A DNA stretch of 63,740 nt, counting the filler, from Welwitschia mirabilis (lineage: Eukaryota), in NCBI GenBank assembly GCA_051453625.1. It is 9 parts of one record of this genome, joined end to end, with 100 filler letters (N's around TTAATTAATTAA, not from the genome) between each part and the next. Parts side by side here need not be neighbours in the genome. Positions count along the whole stretch, not along the records: positions 1 to 20,808 come from JBOZIK010000001.1; 8 more parts are not named here. One strand, 5' to 3'. This document shows positions 1-14,700 of the stretch, piece after piece. Position 1 is the stretch's first letter; every line of letters begins with the position of its first letter. The position numbers and the translations under genes are program-made. The notes below the pieces were generated by a model. That model made no database searches, had not been told where the DNA came from, and worked only from the letters and a program-made list of their open reading frames with translations.

Positions 1-799
1 TCATAAGAATGTAAATGACAAAAGATGATTTTGAATAAGGTCTAAAAGGGTCTATTTATAGGTTGGGATAGGTTACTAAAGGATGTGAAATAAAGAGGCA
101 TAAATTAGATTCATCCTTTCATAATAATTTAATTAATTTTACAAATCATTTTGACTATTATTCATCATTTCGTCCCCATGACATAGAGGATGATACTACA
201 TCTACCAAATAATGCTTAACACATGTTGAAAATGGTGACTGTCATCCTGATCGTCGTCTGCATAACACAGATGACATTTATACTTTTTCGATTGTCATTC
301 CCTCTGTCATCCACATGACATGGAGGACAATCATAATATCTTCATCATGNNNNNNNNNNNNNNNNNNNNNNNNNNNNNNNNNNNNNNNNNNNNNNNNNNN
401 NNNNNNNNNNNNNNNNNNNNNNNNNNNNNNNNNNNNNNNNNNNNNNNNNTTTCATCCCCATGACATAGAGGATGATACTACATCTACCAAATAATGCTTA
501 GCACATGTTGAAAATGTTGACTGTCATCCTGATCGTCGTCTGCATAACACAGATGACATTCATACTTTTTCGATTGTCATTCCCTCTGTCATCCCCATGA
601 CATGGAGGACAATCATAATATCTTCATCATGTTGCTTTGGTTTATCTTTATTCCAAAATAGCTTCTTATGTGGAAAATTATTGCATCTTTAGGCTTGTAT
701 AAAAGCTTTGTATAATTTGCATAAATCCCTAGAAAAACCTGTCAATAGGACTTACAAATGTACTCCATAAGTGTATTAGATAGGTCAAGTTAGTACCAC

Positions 800-1016
800 A
801 ACAACCAGATTGCTTAAAAAATCTATATGCCATGTTTCTAGGTGAGGGTGGTTTAAGATGCAAATCCAAACCAAGATCTTTTCATAAATGCCAGGGTTGT
901 CAAGAATGAAAGGGTATAATTTGGTTAGGATTTAATCTCTATGGCCAAAAAAATAAGGCCTTCCTACTAAAACCTTATTCATTTCTTGTTTAAAATTAAA
1001 AATAAAATGTAATAAT
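800..1016 (-). mobile_element. L1-type LINE ORF1 (DUF4283-like) fragment
   Basis: Minus-strand peptide LLHFIFNFKQEMNKVLVGRPYFFGHRD resembles the F-x-F...KVL..GPW region of plant LINE ORF1. The DNA is visibly similar to 3340-3445. Confidence 0.55.
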
Positions 1017-2459
1017 NNNNNNNNNNNNNNNNNNNNNNNNNNNNNNNNNNNNNNNNNNNNNNNNNNNNNNNNNNNNNNNNNNNNNNNNNNNNNNNNNNNN
1101 NNNNNNNNNNNNNNNNAAAACAATGTTAGAAATAAATATAGAACACAAATTTGACATCGTTATTATATGCAAACCAAGAGGGTCTATGGTTAAATAATAA
1201 TTGTGTTTTCTAATTATTTTAAATCCTATAATGTGTTAATAGAGTCTAAATAGGATTTAATCTTAGGTTCCGTTATGCATGTTAGTTAATAATATATAAA
1301 AAAAAATATTATGGTTAATTAGGATAACTAAAGTTAGGGTGTTATAAATATGTATATAAGAAACATTGTATGAATAAAAAACAATGGTTTAATAATGAAT
1401 GCATAGAAGCAATGATGATACTTAAACTAAAATTTAAAAAAAACCAATATAATAAACCAAATCCTATAAGAATTTCATTTGCAGTAAGAAGTGATAATTA
1501 TTAGAGAAAGGATATCAAAATCTTCACATCTATTTTAAAAAAAACAAAAGAATGAAGGAATTTTAGGAAGCTTCTTTAAAACAAATAAAAAATAGAGTAT
1601 AATTTTTTTTGAGATATTTAGAAATTTTCTTAACACTGACTTAAATCTAGCAATGGAATAAAACTCCTTCATAATCCTAGTAACAAATTATTTAATTAAT
1701 TTGTGGAAAACTTATGAAGGAATTCAATTACTAACTTCAAGGAAGGTAGTATATGCAAAAATCTTATATAAAAATATATTAAAGTAGGGTGGATGTTTTG
1801 TTTAAAAGGAAGTTTAAAAAATATAATTTTAGAAAAAAATCATGTGCTAAAATTTTATTAGATAAAGGATTGTAAATTAAGATGGTTATTATGTTGTTTA
1901 TATAAAAAAATAAATCATATTAAGTAATTGCAAATTACTTGAAATCAATAGTATTTTTACACAACTTAAGAGAGATATCATTGAAATAAATATTGATACA
2001 TGCATAAAGGTAAACTTTTAATAATTTCTCAAGTAGGCTTTTTGTAACATCATTCTATAGTAGATTATCTTATTATCTTAAGGCATATGATTGTAGTATA
2101 ACAAACTCAAATTAAAAGTAAAGAGAACACTATTTTTTCATGGAGAAGAACATAAATGATACTAAAGATGTAACTGTTAGTTGCTATATAAGAATTATGA
2201 GAGTAGAATATTTAGGTAAAATTAAGTATTATAAAAGTTACAAGGTATTGATCCAATTATAACAAGGAGGAAGAGGAACTTTTTAACTAGCGTATAATTA
2301 ATTCAACATATTATAGCTAATTATAATTTTTTTGAGAAATGATAAATGTATATTATATTATAACATAAGACAAGAGGAGAAACGACATAGTTTAAAAGCT
2401 ATTTTTCAAATCACGATAGAAATCCTACTAATAATCAAACATTTAGCATCTAATTTAGT

Positions 2460-3830
2460 CAACTCTCGTTCCCAATTCAAATCATAAATAGGCTACAAAG
2501 TAGCATATTCTAATGGGTTTACAACAAAATGGTGTTCAAAAGGCTCTAAAGGTGGGAAATTTTTTAGCCAATCACAAGGCCTCTGCAAGTTTAGGAAATT
2601 CATTAAAAAGAAAGTTGAGATTGTTTAGCATCTTGGTTGTCCTCCTTCACCTCCTTTTCAATTTTACCTTTTTTTGGTATTCATTCTAATTTTTCTATTC
2701 GTCTATCTAGTTTTTTGATTTTTGCTAGTTATTGGCACATCTAAAACACACTTCTCTACATGGTTAACATTATCTCTTTCCTTGTGTTCCACTTTTTATG
2801 GCTATCTTGATTTGGAAGAGTGTATTGGTGCATTGTAGACATGCTCTGTGTGTTGCTTTTCTTATATAGTTGTTTCTCATTTATTTCCTTGCATCTTTTC
2901 TAGTTCTTCCTTTGATATAATATCCTATTTATTTGCTTGGGAGATTGAGTCATTATTTGTGACTAAATTTGATTTCTTTTTGCAATCCTTTGTCTTAACC
3001 TCTTACTAGTCACTTTTTCCCACTTTCTCAATTTTCTTGCATTTCTCCCTTGTATGTCGATTTTTACCATACTTCAACCATTGCAATAGAATATTTTTTA
3101 TTTCTAAATTAAAAATCAATTCCTTTCTTTCTTTGAAGCTATCTGGTTTCATGTAAACACATATTCTAGTTGTTGCCATTTTTTCCATTAAATCTGTATT
3201 CCTATCAAGTTTAATAAACTTCCCTAACATATCACCAAGTTTGTTGAAGAAATCTAGGTGTTGTACTCCTAAGAGAAGGTTTGAGATATGAAATCAAACT
3301 GGGATCTTTCCAAAAATGGTGGGTTTCTCAAGAATGAAATAAGGCCATTTGGTTAGGGCTAAATCACTATGACCAAAGAAATAGAACCCTCCTAATTAAA
3401 CCTTATTCATTTCTTCTTCAGAGTCAAAATGAAATGTAATAATCCATATTTGAAAGAATTACCTTGTAACTTGCAAGAAACTTTTGATTGCACCACAGAT
3501 GCACCTTTTCAATGAACGGGAGCCCTTTTGAAGATTAGAATTTACCAATAAGGCTATATCTGAAATGAGCCTTCAGATGCTCAGAGTTGTTGATACGCAT
3601 ATTTGAATGAATAATATCTCCTTTTCACTTAAAATCAAAATCTAAGTTAGAAAAACTTTAAGGTTTGCTTCCGTCTATTAAATCTTCATAAGATTTGATA
3701 CTCGATGATTTCATTGACATCAGATAACAGAGTCTCACTTTCAAAAGCACATTGAAGATGCACTGCACTAAGGACAAGAGCCCTAAAAACTAAAAACTGC
3801 CTTCGAAAAGCCTATAAGAAAGCACTTATA
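2460..3830 (-). mobile_element. Degenerate 5' part (ORF1, DUF4283-like) of an L1 LINE
   Basis: ORF 3006-3230 reads LGKFIKLDRNTDLMEKMATTRICV (typical GxxLxxDxxT...ARICV). It is preceded by a PVWxxxxNL-like motif near 3270-3305 and followed by a K/E-rich region. Many stops; boundaries approximate. Confidence 0.65.
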
Positions 3831-4513
3831 TGGATAGATAATACTTTGATGCATTAAAGATGCATAAGAGTTGAAATTGTCCCTTTGTCTACCATCGCAC
3901 ATCCTAAAATTCAAATCTTAGCTTTGTTACTCTATTCACAATTTCCTTAGTTTTTGATATTTTTACTTTTATAGAGCCATCTTAAAGCTACTTTCATATG
4001 ATCATTATTTAAAGCAAATTCACCTAATATAACTCAAATAAACTATTAAAATTTATCATCATAACTTTAAAATGAAGAACCTCTTATTTTATGCTAAAAT
4101 GGAATTTAATGTTTGAGCATGAATTTGAATTAGCTGTGTTAATTTTACATTACATCACATGCTAGAATAAACTTTCATTTCATCATACCTATTAAAAATT
4201 ATGACATATAATTTTAATCTTGGTAACTAGCCATGTATTAGATGACTTTTGTGGCATAACTATTTTTTATCTTTTCTGTTATCACTATTTAAATGTTAAT
4301 CATAATAGAAGAGTGTAATTACCATCAAAGAAGTAAGGACCAAAAATATTTCTAATTTAGATCATGGCTAATTAACCCCCCAGTGGAGTTCTCATAGCTA
4401 CTATATTGCACTGCTAAATGTTCCTCTCAAGAATATTTATCTTGATTCACATATAGTAGGATTTTATTTTGTTTCGTGTATTTTTTTTAAGTGCACATAT
4501 ATATTCTATTATG

Positions 4514-5536
4514 TGATGAAATGTGTTTCTTACTCATATTATAGAGAATAATGCACAACCCCCAATTGAAGTCTTATCAAGTTAGTTTTTCATTTTAAAA
4601 TCATCTAAATATATTTTAAATTACTTAAGAGTTTTACAAATTAAACTAATATTAAAGAGTGATCATGAAATAATTTATTTAATATTTTGTATGTAGATTG
4701 AAATTATCCTCTCTATCCTATAAGGGTTTCCTAAGTAATCTAACAATAACTTAAAATCAAAATATTTTCGTATTATTTACCCGTTAACTAGATAGGTTAA
4801 TTTATCATTAGGGTCATATATTTCAATAGCTTCACTTCCCAAATTTTTTATTAGTATATAATATATAAGTCAATTTTTTTCATATACCTATTTTGAATAA
4901 ATCATTTTAGGGTTATAAATTAGCACTATTTCTTCTTCTTAAAAAATCATTTTTATTTTTTTCAATCATCATATACTTTTATTTTCTCTTATATAAGTTT
5001 TTTTTTTTTTGTAAGAGTTCTTCTATTCTATTTTCCTCCATAATATTCATATTTTTCAATCCTTCTTCTTAAGCTTCATTTAGATTGCATTTTAATTCTT
5101 TATTTAATTTAAAAGTTTTAATTCTAAATTTAATTAGTAAAATAACTATTTTTCATAAATCAATTCATAGGTGTAAATCCTATGCTATGTTTCCAAGCTA
5201 CTCTATAAGCTCATAAAGATCTATTTAATTTTTTAGTCTAATTTGTTTTCTTTATGTTTATGATTTTTATCAAAATTTAGTTAATTTCTTTATTAGTTAC
5301 TTTATCTTGACTATTGAATTAAGGGTGATAGGAAGTGAAAAGATTATGATAGATTTCATATTTAAGTAAAAGGGCCTTGAAAACTTTACTAGTAAAATGA
5401 ATTTCCCTATCTAAGATAAGGCTTTTAAGAGCTTCACATATATAGATAATGTTTTCAAGGGAAAATATTATTATAGATTGGGAGAAATGATGTGATACAG
5501 TCTTAGCCTTAGCTCATTTAGTGAAATAATTAACAT
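4514..5536 (+). repeat. Possible solo LTR abutting the gypsy integrase
   Basis: Begins TGATG, has a TATAAAT near 4914 and ends ATTAACA where recognisable integrase codons stop. No TSD confirmed. Confidence 0.3.
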
Positions 5537-5539
5537 AGA

Positions 5540-8500
5540 CCAAACTATATCTTTTTCTAAAGGAGGAAGATTAATAGAACTAATAATATCCATTCTCCAT
5601 GTGTCAAAGAGTTTAACTAATTGGATCCATTATAGAGACATTTATAATATTTAGGTAAATTATCCTTACCTTTGATATTCGTCACATCCCTAGATCTTTA
5701 AAAAGTATTGGCCAATAATACTCCATATGAAGGATTTTTATTTTAATAGTTCTTGATCCATTGTGTCCTCCTTCTTCTTCATAAGCTTATTTTAGAATTT
5801 TTACTGTAATTCCTCTTCTACACATCTTCAAATAATATAGTCTTTACATTTTCTAAATAACATCTTATCATGTCATATGTAATCTTTAGATTTCCTCAAT
5901 AATATCTTCCTTTCGTAGCAAGTTATAAAAGATGGTAAATCTCTTACTTATGATAAAATTGGTTATGAAAACATACCAAGGATTTGATTGGATTTGAAAG
6001 AGGTATTCATTAAGAAATTCATTTCTTACATTTATTTGTTATTCATCAAGAAAGTCCAACATTGAGAAGTGATGTGCTAATACCTTTGTTATTTTTTTGT
6101 TAACAATTTTCAAATCAATTTATTGTATCAATATCATCAATCCCATAATTCTTAATTGGTTCATTTTTATTCATTAAGAATTTGATTACACTACGATTGA
6201 TATGAACTTTCACTTCATATCCTAATATGTAGTATCTAAAGTTTTCTAATGCCATAATAACTACCAATAATCCTTTCTCAGTTACTGTATAATTTTGTTG
6301 GGCTAGTTTAAAATTCTTAATAATATAGGCAATGACATATGGTTCATTTTCATCATTATTTTATCCTAACATAGCTTTCATATCACGATTAGATGCATCT
6401 ATAATTATTTAAAATGGTCTTGTCAATTGGATTATTATAAACGAGGTGCTGATAGTATTTTATTTTTTAAGGTTTAGACGAAATTCTAGCATTTATTGTT
6501 CCAATTGTATTTTATGTTTTGCTATAAAGGTTACTAAGAGGTTTAGAAATTTTACTAAAATTATATATGAATATTCTATAATATCCTACGTTCCTTAAGA
6601 AGGATCTTAACTCTTTTAGTTTAGTTGGGGATAAAGATAACTCTTAGACTAGCTTATCTTTAAACTTGTCTCTTTACATCTTTCAAATATGTTTTCTAAT
6701 GTATCAAGTAATTCCTTAAATTTATTTTTAAAAGTTAAAAATTCATTAATTTAAGTGACCTTCCTATTATACCCTGAAAAATATTTTTCACTAATCTTTA
6801 GAAAGTAGAAGGGACGTTACATAAACCAAATGGTAATACTTTATAAGAGTAACTGTCCTAATAGTAGGTGAAAGTCATTTTAGTTTAATCTATTAGAGCT
6901 ATTAGAACTTGATTGTAGCCACTATATCCATTAAGAAAGCTATAATATTAATGCTTAAATATCCTTCCTAAGATTTGGTCTACAAATTATAAAGGAAAAT
7001 GATCTTTATAAGTTGTTGTATTCAACATTCAAAAATCAACATATACTCTCCATTTTTTTCCCCTTTCTTTGATGTCATAGTAATAGGGCTAATCCTCTTT
7101 GAGACTAATATAAGGTAGATCAATCCAACATCTATGAGTTTAGAAATTTATTATTTAATTATTTTTCATATATGTGGATTGCATCTTCTTTTAGGTTGTT
7201 TACTAGCTTTAATGAAAGTATCTAGATAAATCTTGTGCTAACATACCCTTGGATGCATTTCTTAATATCGATGTAATCCCAAGTAAAAACTCCTTTTTCC
7301 TNNNNNNNNNNNNNNNNNNNNNNNNNNNNNNNNNNNNNNNNNNNNNNNNNNNNNNNNNNNNNNNNNNNNNNNNNNNNNNNNNNNNNNNNNNNNNNNNNNN
7401 NNNNNNNNNNNNNNNNNNNNNNNNNNNNNNNNNNNNNNNNNNNNNNNNNNNNNNNNNNNNNNNNNNNNNNNNNNNNNNNNNNNNNNNNNNNNNNNNNNNN
7501 NNNNNNNNNNNNNNNNNNNNNNNNNNNNNNNNNNNNNNNNNNNNNNNNNNNNNNNNNNNNNNNNNNNNNNNNNNNNNNNNNNNNNNNNNNNNNNNNNNNN
7601 NNNNNNNNNNNNNNNNNNNNNNNNNNNNNNNNNNNNNNNNNNNNNNNNNNNNNNNNNNNNNNNNNNNNNNNNNNNNNNNNNNNNNNNNNNNNNNCATACC
7701 CTTGGATGCATTTCTTAATATCGATGTAATACCAAGCAAAAACTCCTTTTTTCCTGACTAACATTTTTTGAATAATATTTATTTTTAAAGAATAAGTTAA
7801 ATTAATATTAATGATTCAAATTTTATTTGGAGCTACTTAAATATATTTCAATCCCTTCTTAAATAGATGTTTTTCTATCTCTTAAGGTGTTAAACTTTCT
7901 TCTTCATACATATTTTATTGTTTTATAATCATATTAACTTTTTGAATTAGAATAGCATTATTTCTAGCTTCTATGTTATGTATTATTTCTTCTAATAAAT
8001 TTAAGATCTTTCAAGTTGATCTTCATTACACCTTTTTTGAAATAAATTATCGCATCTGTAGTAGTCATCTAGGATGTTTTTAAAATCGCTGCATGAGTAT
8101 CTTCTTAGGTTTCCATTAATAAGGGATCTATGAAATAAATAAACCCTTGGAGCTCAATGGCTATATATTTCAAAACTAATCCATCTACTAAATATACTTT
8201 CCCTTTATCAGCTGTTAACACTTACCTTCCTAGCTCTTCATGATTTTTATGAGCCATTACATTAACACTTACTCAAAGATCTACTAAAGAATCTAACTTT
8301 AACATATCATCAACTTTAATATCAATTATGGGGGTTTAGGGATTATTGTATTTTTTATGTTGCTTACTTTAAAAAAACTTGAGTAAAGGCTCAAAAACTT
8401 TATCTTTTTAAACCATTTTCATTTGTTTTTCTACCTAATTATGCTTTTATTTTTTTCTTTGAAACACATGCTTTTCATTTCTTTCTAATACATAGGTACA

Positions 8501-11171
8501 TCTTTTAATAGCATTAAGAGAGGTAATGCTATTGTGCTATTTTCCAAAGTTTTTGTTAAGTATTCTATGTTATTTTTAATCTTAGGATATTCTATTTGTC
8601 TACTTCTTGTTAGAAAAGATAATGGTTTTGATGGTTTATTCACTACTACTTTTTTCTTAATAATGGTTTTCTCGTCTACTGCATAACTACTTAAGCCCTT
8701 TTTTTCTTTTTTTTTCAATTTATTACCTTTAGTTTTCCAAATTTAGTAGTCATATCTTTATTTTTTGCTTTCCTTGGATTTGGTTAAGCTTAAGTAAGAA
8801 TATCTCTCTTATCTTTCTGCTTTTTTTTTTAATAATGATCCTTTTGATCTTTGTTTCTATAATTTATATAATAATCATATTGTTCTTGTCTCTTAGAATC
8901 AACATATTTTTCTAGATTTTTTTAATTTTTTTATTTTGATAAGTATAGGATTTTTTTACTCATCTAAGGTTGATTTTCTATATGTAAATTGAATATTTTT
9001 ATATCTAACAAATGAAAAAGTTCCTGTATCCATAGTTATTCTATTCCCTTATGATTATATTCTTCACAATGCTCACACATAGGTCCTATAATTCATTAAA
9101 GTGTTACATAGTTAACTGCTCAAACTTTTCTACCATGCTGTTAGTTACCTTTTTATCAATTTCTTTATGATACTAATGTGTTTTGAGCTATACATACTAC
9201 CATCTTCTTCTATTATAGATACTTTATTTTTTCACTTTTTCTTTCACCCTCTTGTCTCAATTCTTAACTCTAACGATGAAACTAAGTAACGGATTCTTCT
9301 ATTTCCTAAATATTCTTGGTCTTAATACCCCCTCTGCATAATAAATCTAACCCTTTTAAAGTCTAACTTTATAATCCTCTAATTAAAGTCCTCACACTTT
9401 CTCTAATTGAAATTCCATGATTAGGATACTTAGCCAACAATATCTTATATTTATTCATAAACCCATCGAACCTTTCATTATCTTTTTGTTTAATATTCAA
9501 AATTTATTTTCTTAAATCTTCTACTATTTTCATAGGTTAAAAGTCATTAAAGAAAGCATTTTTAAAGATTCTTCATGAATTGAAAACATGATTAGGGCTC
9601 CTATGATACCATGATTGAGCTTTCTCTTTTAAAGAAAAAGGAAAATATCTCAAGTATTTAAACTCTAAATCAAAATAGTTTTCTTTATAAAAAACATCAA
9701 ATAAACTTAGATGAAGTAAAGGTTCTTTTAAACCTTTATCTTAAAAGGTGGATATGAATATAATGTTTATGTTTCTTACTTTTTCTAGATTTTCTAAAGC
9801 ATTCAAATTAATGGTACTTAAGTCTTCTAACCAATGGATGTCATGATCTAACAATCTAGAGTCTTCACTATCTTTCAATAACATCTTGCTATAAATTTAT
9901 TTTTAGAACTCTAAGCCTTAGTTGTCTTAAAGGATTCTTCTTGAATAAGAGTCATCTTTAGAAGAATGATTAATCATTATTTCATTTTACCCATTAATTG
10001 ATGATAAATTTGTTATTTCATAGTCTCCTCCATTAATGTCATTCATATTAAAATCTTCTTATTCTATTTATATTTTTATTTTAATCCATTTTTATTCTTC
10101 TAAAACATTTTTCTTAGGGTTTTTAATAAAATTTTCTATTTTATCCCTCCATTTCCTTGATTATCTCTTTGGATAATAAATTTCATTCTTGTTAGTTGAC
10201 TTTAGAAGCCCTTCTTTTAGTGTCAAAATGATAAAATATTATATTTGAATTAAATACTAGGAATATTAGCAAATAATTATAAAAAAAGTAGAAAACTATG
10301 ATACTATTAACCTAAATAAAATTAAATCATTCATTTCAAAGAAATAGGAGTTTACTAAAGAATTAACAAAGATAATCAGATCTCTAACGAGCGTAGTTCA
10401 AAACTCATTATCCAGATTGACTTTTGATAAGATTACTTGGACTATATAGTTTGAATATTAATATTTTACTAAGATAAAGATGCAAAAGACACATATGAAA
10501 GTTTTTCTAGATGTTGAGATGATCCCTATTCTAATTACTATTACATATTCTAGTTTATGTTCAACTACGCAAACAAGAGAAAGTTGAGTGTAAAACATTA
10601 CTTTTTCAAGTAATATAGAGTCTTCACTACATTTTAATATGTAAATATACATACAACATTAAATAGCCTAGGTTTTTAGCTTTCTATTAAAATAATGCTA
10701 ACACTCATATAAAAGCCTATTAAAACAACATATGTTTTTGTTTATAGCTAACACTAGAACTCTAAAGATATCAGTTGTGTTTCCTTCTAGGATTTACTAG
10801 AGTTTTCCACTCACTAAATCTTAGATCAAGTCCTATGGCTAGATTTATCTTGAAAAAAGCCCCTCTTTTAAGTGAGTGATGTGATCTTTATAATTTTTTT
10901 ATTTTGCTCATTTTTATTAGGTAGTTCCTTTTCTTTCTCCTTAAAATACCTTTATAGATGAGGTTGTTCCCGCGTTTCAAACATTTTGCTTTTTTTCATA
11001 ATAAGTGAAAATTTGGACCTCTAACATTATTAATAAAAATATATAAAAAACTATTAACATCCTAACTCACTAACATACTACTCAAATAATTGTAAATAAA
11101 TGTTTATTAACTACTCTAAAAAACCTAGATTTAGTCATAAAAACATTTTAATATTAGCAAAATATACATCA
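5540..11171 (-). mobile_element. Athila-like Ty3/gypsy LTR retrotransposon, pseudogenised gag-pol with probable 5' LTR (~10410-11171)
   Basis: Minus-strand motifs occur in gypsy order. Gag RYFPFSLKEKAQSW (~9610-9652) and PNHGI (~9415); protease LVDL*VSVN (~8260-8290); RT WRVYVDF (~7031-7052), KDHFPL, FLNGYSGYNQV (~6903-6940) and PFGLCNVP (~6810-6833); RNase H DAS (~6390) and AQQNYTVTEK (~6271-6303); integrase YYWPIL (~5703-5720). The putative LTR starts TGATGT at 11171. Confidence 0.85.
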
Positions 11172-11174
11172 TCG

Positions 11175-11740
11175 TTATTACTTATCAATAGTATATTTCA
11201 AATAAGATAAGAAGATCAGTTTACATGTTTATGGATAATTTTTTAACCTTTGAAAATGATTTTTATAAATCATTAAATAGGTTAGAAAAATTATTAAAAA
11301 GATGTAAGAAAAAGATATTAAAACTTAAATAGTTTAAAATTTAACTCATAATGATAGAAGGGGTTGTCTTAAAATGCAAGATATTTCCTAGAGAAATAGA
11401 AATTGATGAATAAAAGATTAAAACAATCTAATAAATCTAACCTCTTACTAAGCTAAAAGAAATTATTTTTTTCTTAAGACATGTTGGAGATTCATTACTA
11501 ACTTTAGTCAAATATCTAAACCTCTTAAACCTTTATTACAAAAAATACATTAGGCATGGACATTGAATACTAATAATATTTTCAAACATTAACGATAAAT
11601 TACTAGAAGCACTGATTCTATAAGGTTCTAATTGAGATAAACTATTTCATATTATGAACAATGCTTTTAAATTTATAGTGGGAGTAGCTTTAGAATAGAA
11701 AGATAATGATAATAAATCCTATTTTATAACCTAGTTAAGT
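11175..11740 (+). mobile_element. Second Athila-like gypsy pol fragment (RT C-terminus to start of RNase H), interrupted by a LINE
   Basis: Degenerate FMDNF (cf. VFMDDF, ~11228), RFITNFSQISKPL (~11488-11526), and FHIMNNA...VGVAL (cf. FxIMCDASxxAVGAVL, ~11645-11692). Confidence 0.7.
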
Positions 11741-14700
11741 GGGGATGTGAAAGTAGGGGAAGCATGTAGACAAGATCAAGAATAGTAGGTTTAAATAGAG
11801 TCTTGATGACTAGGGTGAAGATGTAAGGCACAGGGGGCATTTTTAGCATTAGAAAAAATATTATCATTTAGTAAGGATTCATTTATGAATAAGTTTTCAT
11901 TATAGTACTTTAAGGATTTGTTTCTTTGGGAGTACAACTTTCTAAAAAGGAAGAAAGTATAGTTTCTAAGAATAATAGCATGTTGATATTCAATATAGAC
12001 AATGACATATGTATATAAATAAGGAAAAAAATCCTAGTTTAGCCTTATAGGTAAGTTTGTTTCTTTAGCAACCAAACCAATATTAGAATTTTTCAGAGAT
12101 TGAATAGCCATCAAATGGATAAGAGTAAGTGGAATCTAAGTTATTATCTTATCAGAAGTACTAGTTCTATTTTAGTTTGATAATGAAAATGATAGATATG
12201 AGGAGAAAGAAAGGGATCCATGATTATTTAGAGCGAGAGGACTTTCTTTGGCTCAATGGACACTAAGGACATAATCAAACCTAAATCTATCCTAGAAACC
12301 TCTGATTTGGATTAGGATTCCCAAGTTCCCAATTGAACTCTAGAATAAGGATTTACTAAAAAATATATCCTTCCAATTTAAAAAACTCATTAAGTTGAAA
12401 TGAAATACTCTAGAGCAATTGAAATTAATGTTATCTAAGTTTTGTATTTAAAAAAGTTTAAATATAGTTAAAAAAATCTAATCCATTAAATTTGGATCTA
12501 AATGAAGGGAATCCATAGTATACATTAAATATGAAAATCTACTAATGATATGTGGGTTATGTGAAAAGTTAAGAAACTAATCTAGTAGGTGCACATAAAT
12601 CAAGAAAATATGCTTACACTAAGAGAAAAAGGGTCACACTAGGGAGAAATGAAAGAATAGTCAAGGAAGAGGATAAAAGAAATGCATGTATCTTCTATGA
12701 AAAATATAAGAATAAGATGGAGGACTAATACTATAAAAAGAAAAAGAATGAAACCCAAAAATGTATTATGATTTACCTCAAAAAATATAAGGAAAAGAAG
12801 AACCTAAACTCTAACCTATTCTAACCCGTAATAACTAATGAGGAGGAGGAAAAAGAAGAAGAACCATTAGGAAAGCTTAAGAATACTATTTAAATGAATT
12901 ATATAAAGTAGTACATTAAGGAAAAACTAAGTAATAAAGTCTTAATGGAGAAGGAAATCTTAGAAAATGTGACAAGTAACTCTAAGCAATAATTAAAGAG
13001 ACATTATGAAAAGGATCATATCACTAAAGAGGGGATAAATATTAACACAATGAATGGCTTCATATAGAATATTAGGGATCTGAATTTCTCTTATAAAAAA
13101 TAGACCCTAATTGATATTATTATAAAAATAATATTAATTTAGCTTATTTGTAAGAAACCAAGATGATCCATTAAAAAGATATGAAAAGGTTTTAATAGCA
13201 TTCAAATATTTTTACTATAGGGATGTAAGAGAAATAAAGAGGGGTTATGATTCTAACTAGGACATGAGTAGATCTATTTCATGGTAATAGGCATAATATC
13301 TCCATTCATCTTAGGGAAAATGACTAGTTCATAACAAATATCTATAACTCACAGAGTAAAATACATAAGGAACAAGTTTTTAGTGAACTATTAAATTTAA
13401 TTACAAATAAAAAAGATGGATGGTGATAGAATACTTTAACAAATGACTTCAACCAATTCCTATAAAGAAGGGAAAAAAAGAGGAGGAAATAACTAGAATA
13501 GCAAGAGAGAAGATAATCTGAATGAATTCATGAGAATGAGACATTTAACAGATATTCCAATTATGGATGTAAGTATACATGATTTAATAGATGAAAGTAA
13601 ATAACCTGATCATGTCTAAGATAGAAAGAATTATGATAGGAATAAAGATCACTAGTAAAATATAAATTAAAGCATTATGTCTTAGTAGAATAACTTCTAA
13701 CCGTAGACCCATTCAATTTTCGATTAGGATGATTTCTCCCCCTAAATACTTATTCAAGATGAAGGCTATTAAGTTATCAGAGAAGACATAAAAATTTTGG
13801 TGGAAAAAATATGGAAAAAGTATGATAAAATCAAATCTATCACTTTCATGTATGAAGGTCTACATAGGCTTAAAACTAGTTAAGAGAGTGGAGGAAAATA
13901 GATAGAGAGATATTCAAATCCTATAAATAGCTTGAAAAGGAGAGGCAAGAGATTTAAGATAAACAAGAATAAGGAGGATATTAGGATAATCTCAGAAAAT
14001 GAGAATATAATTTTCTCCAAGAACTTTAAGATATTATTTTAGATTAAGAGTGATACTTGAAAGAGATTTCCAAAATCAACTAGTTATGGAAGGAGAAAAG
14101 CACATCAAATTCTTTTCCATCAAGTGAATCAACACATAATTACTATAAGATAAGCAAATTCAAGATAGGGAAAAAATGTTAGATAAAAAAAAAAGAGATA
14201 GAGATGAAAATGAAGAAGTAGTTTAAAACTGTTTAGAAAAAAGAGAATATCATCCCAAAGTTATTAATCACCAAAAGTAAGATCATTAAAGAAAACTATA
14301 AGAAGTTAAACAAACCTATTAGTAAGGAAAAAGTAAGAAAATCTATTAAGTCTATGAAAAATAAGAAAATCCTAGGACCAGACAACTAACCAATTAAGCT
14401 ATGTAGAGATTACTTTTCCATCCTAAGGAAAAACATCCAAGACATTATGTAAGGAATATTTACCAATAAATGAATTTAAATAGAGATGAAAAGACCCAAA
14501 TAATCCTTATACAAAAGAAGATTAAGGCCAATAGCCTAGAAGATTATAGACTAATTACAATATGTAATGTACTCTTTGAGACATTTAGTAATATTATGAT
14601 TGGCCATATTATCCCTCTTCTACTATAGGTAATCTCTCCAAACCAAGCTGACTTTATTCATTTTATATATATATTCAAGACTAAATTTTACTCAATCATC

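Noticed and set aside
168..631. Near-identical ~180-bp repeats either side of an N gap (also 7240-7301/7695-7755, 17925-17992/18096-18160, 29984-30114/30215-30345)
   Set aside because: Each pair sits exactly on gap edges, which is typical of unmerged contig overlaps or haplotype/paralog differences rather than real tandem duplication.
1117..2400. AT-rich segment starting TGTTAG that might be an LTR or decayed transposase
   Set aside because: Too eroded; I could not verify a protein motif or TSD.
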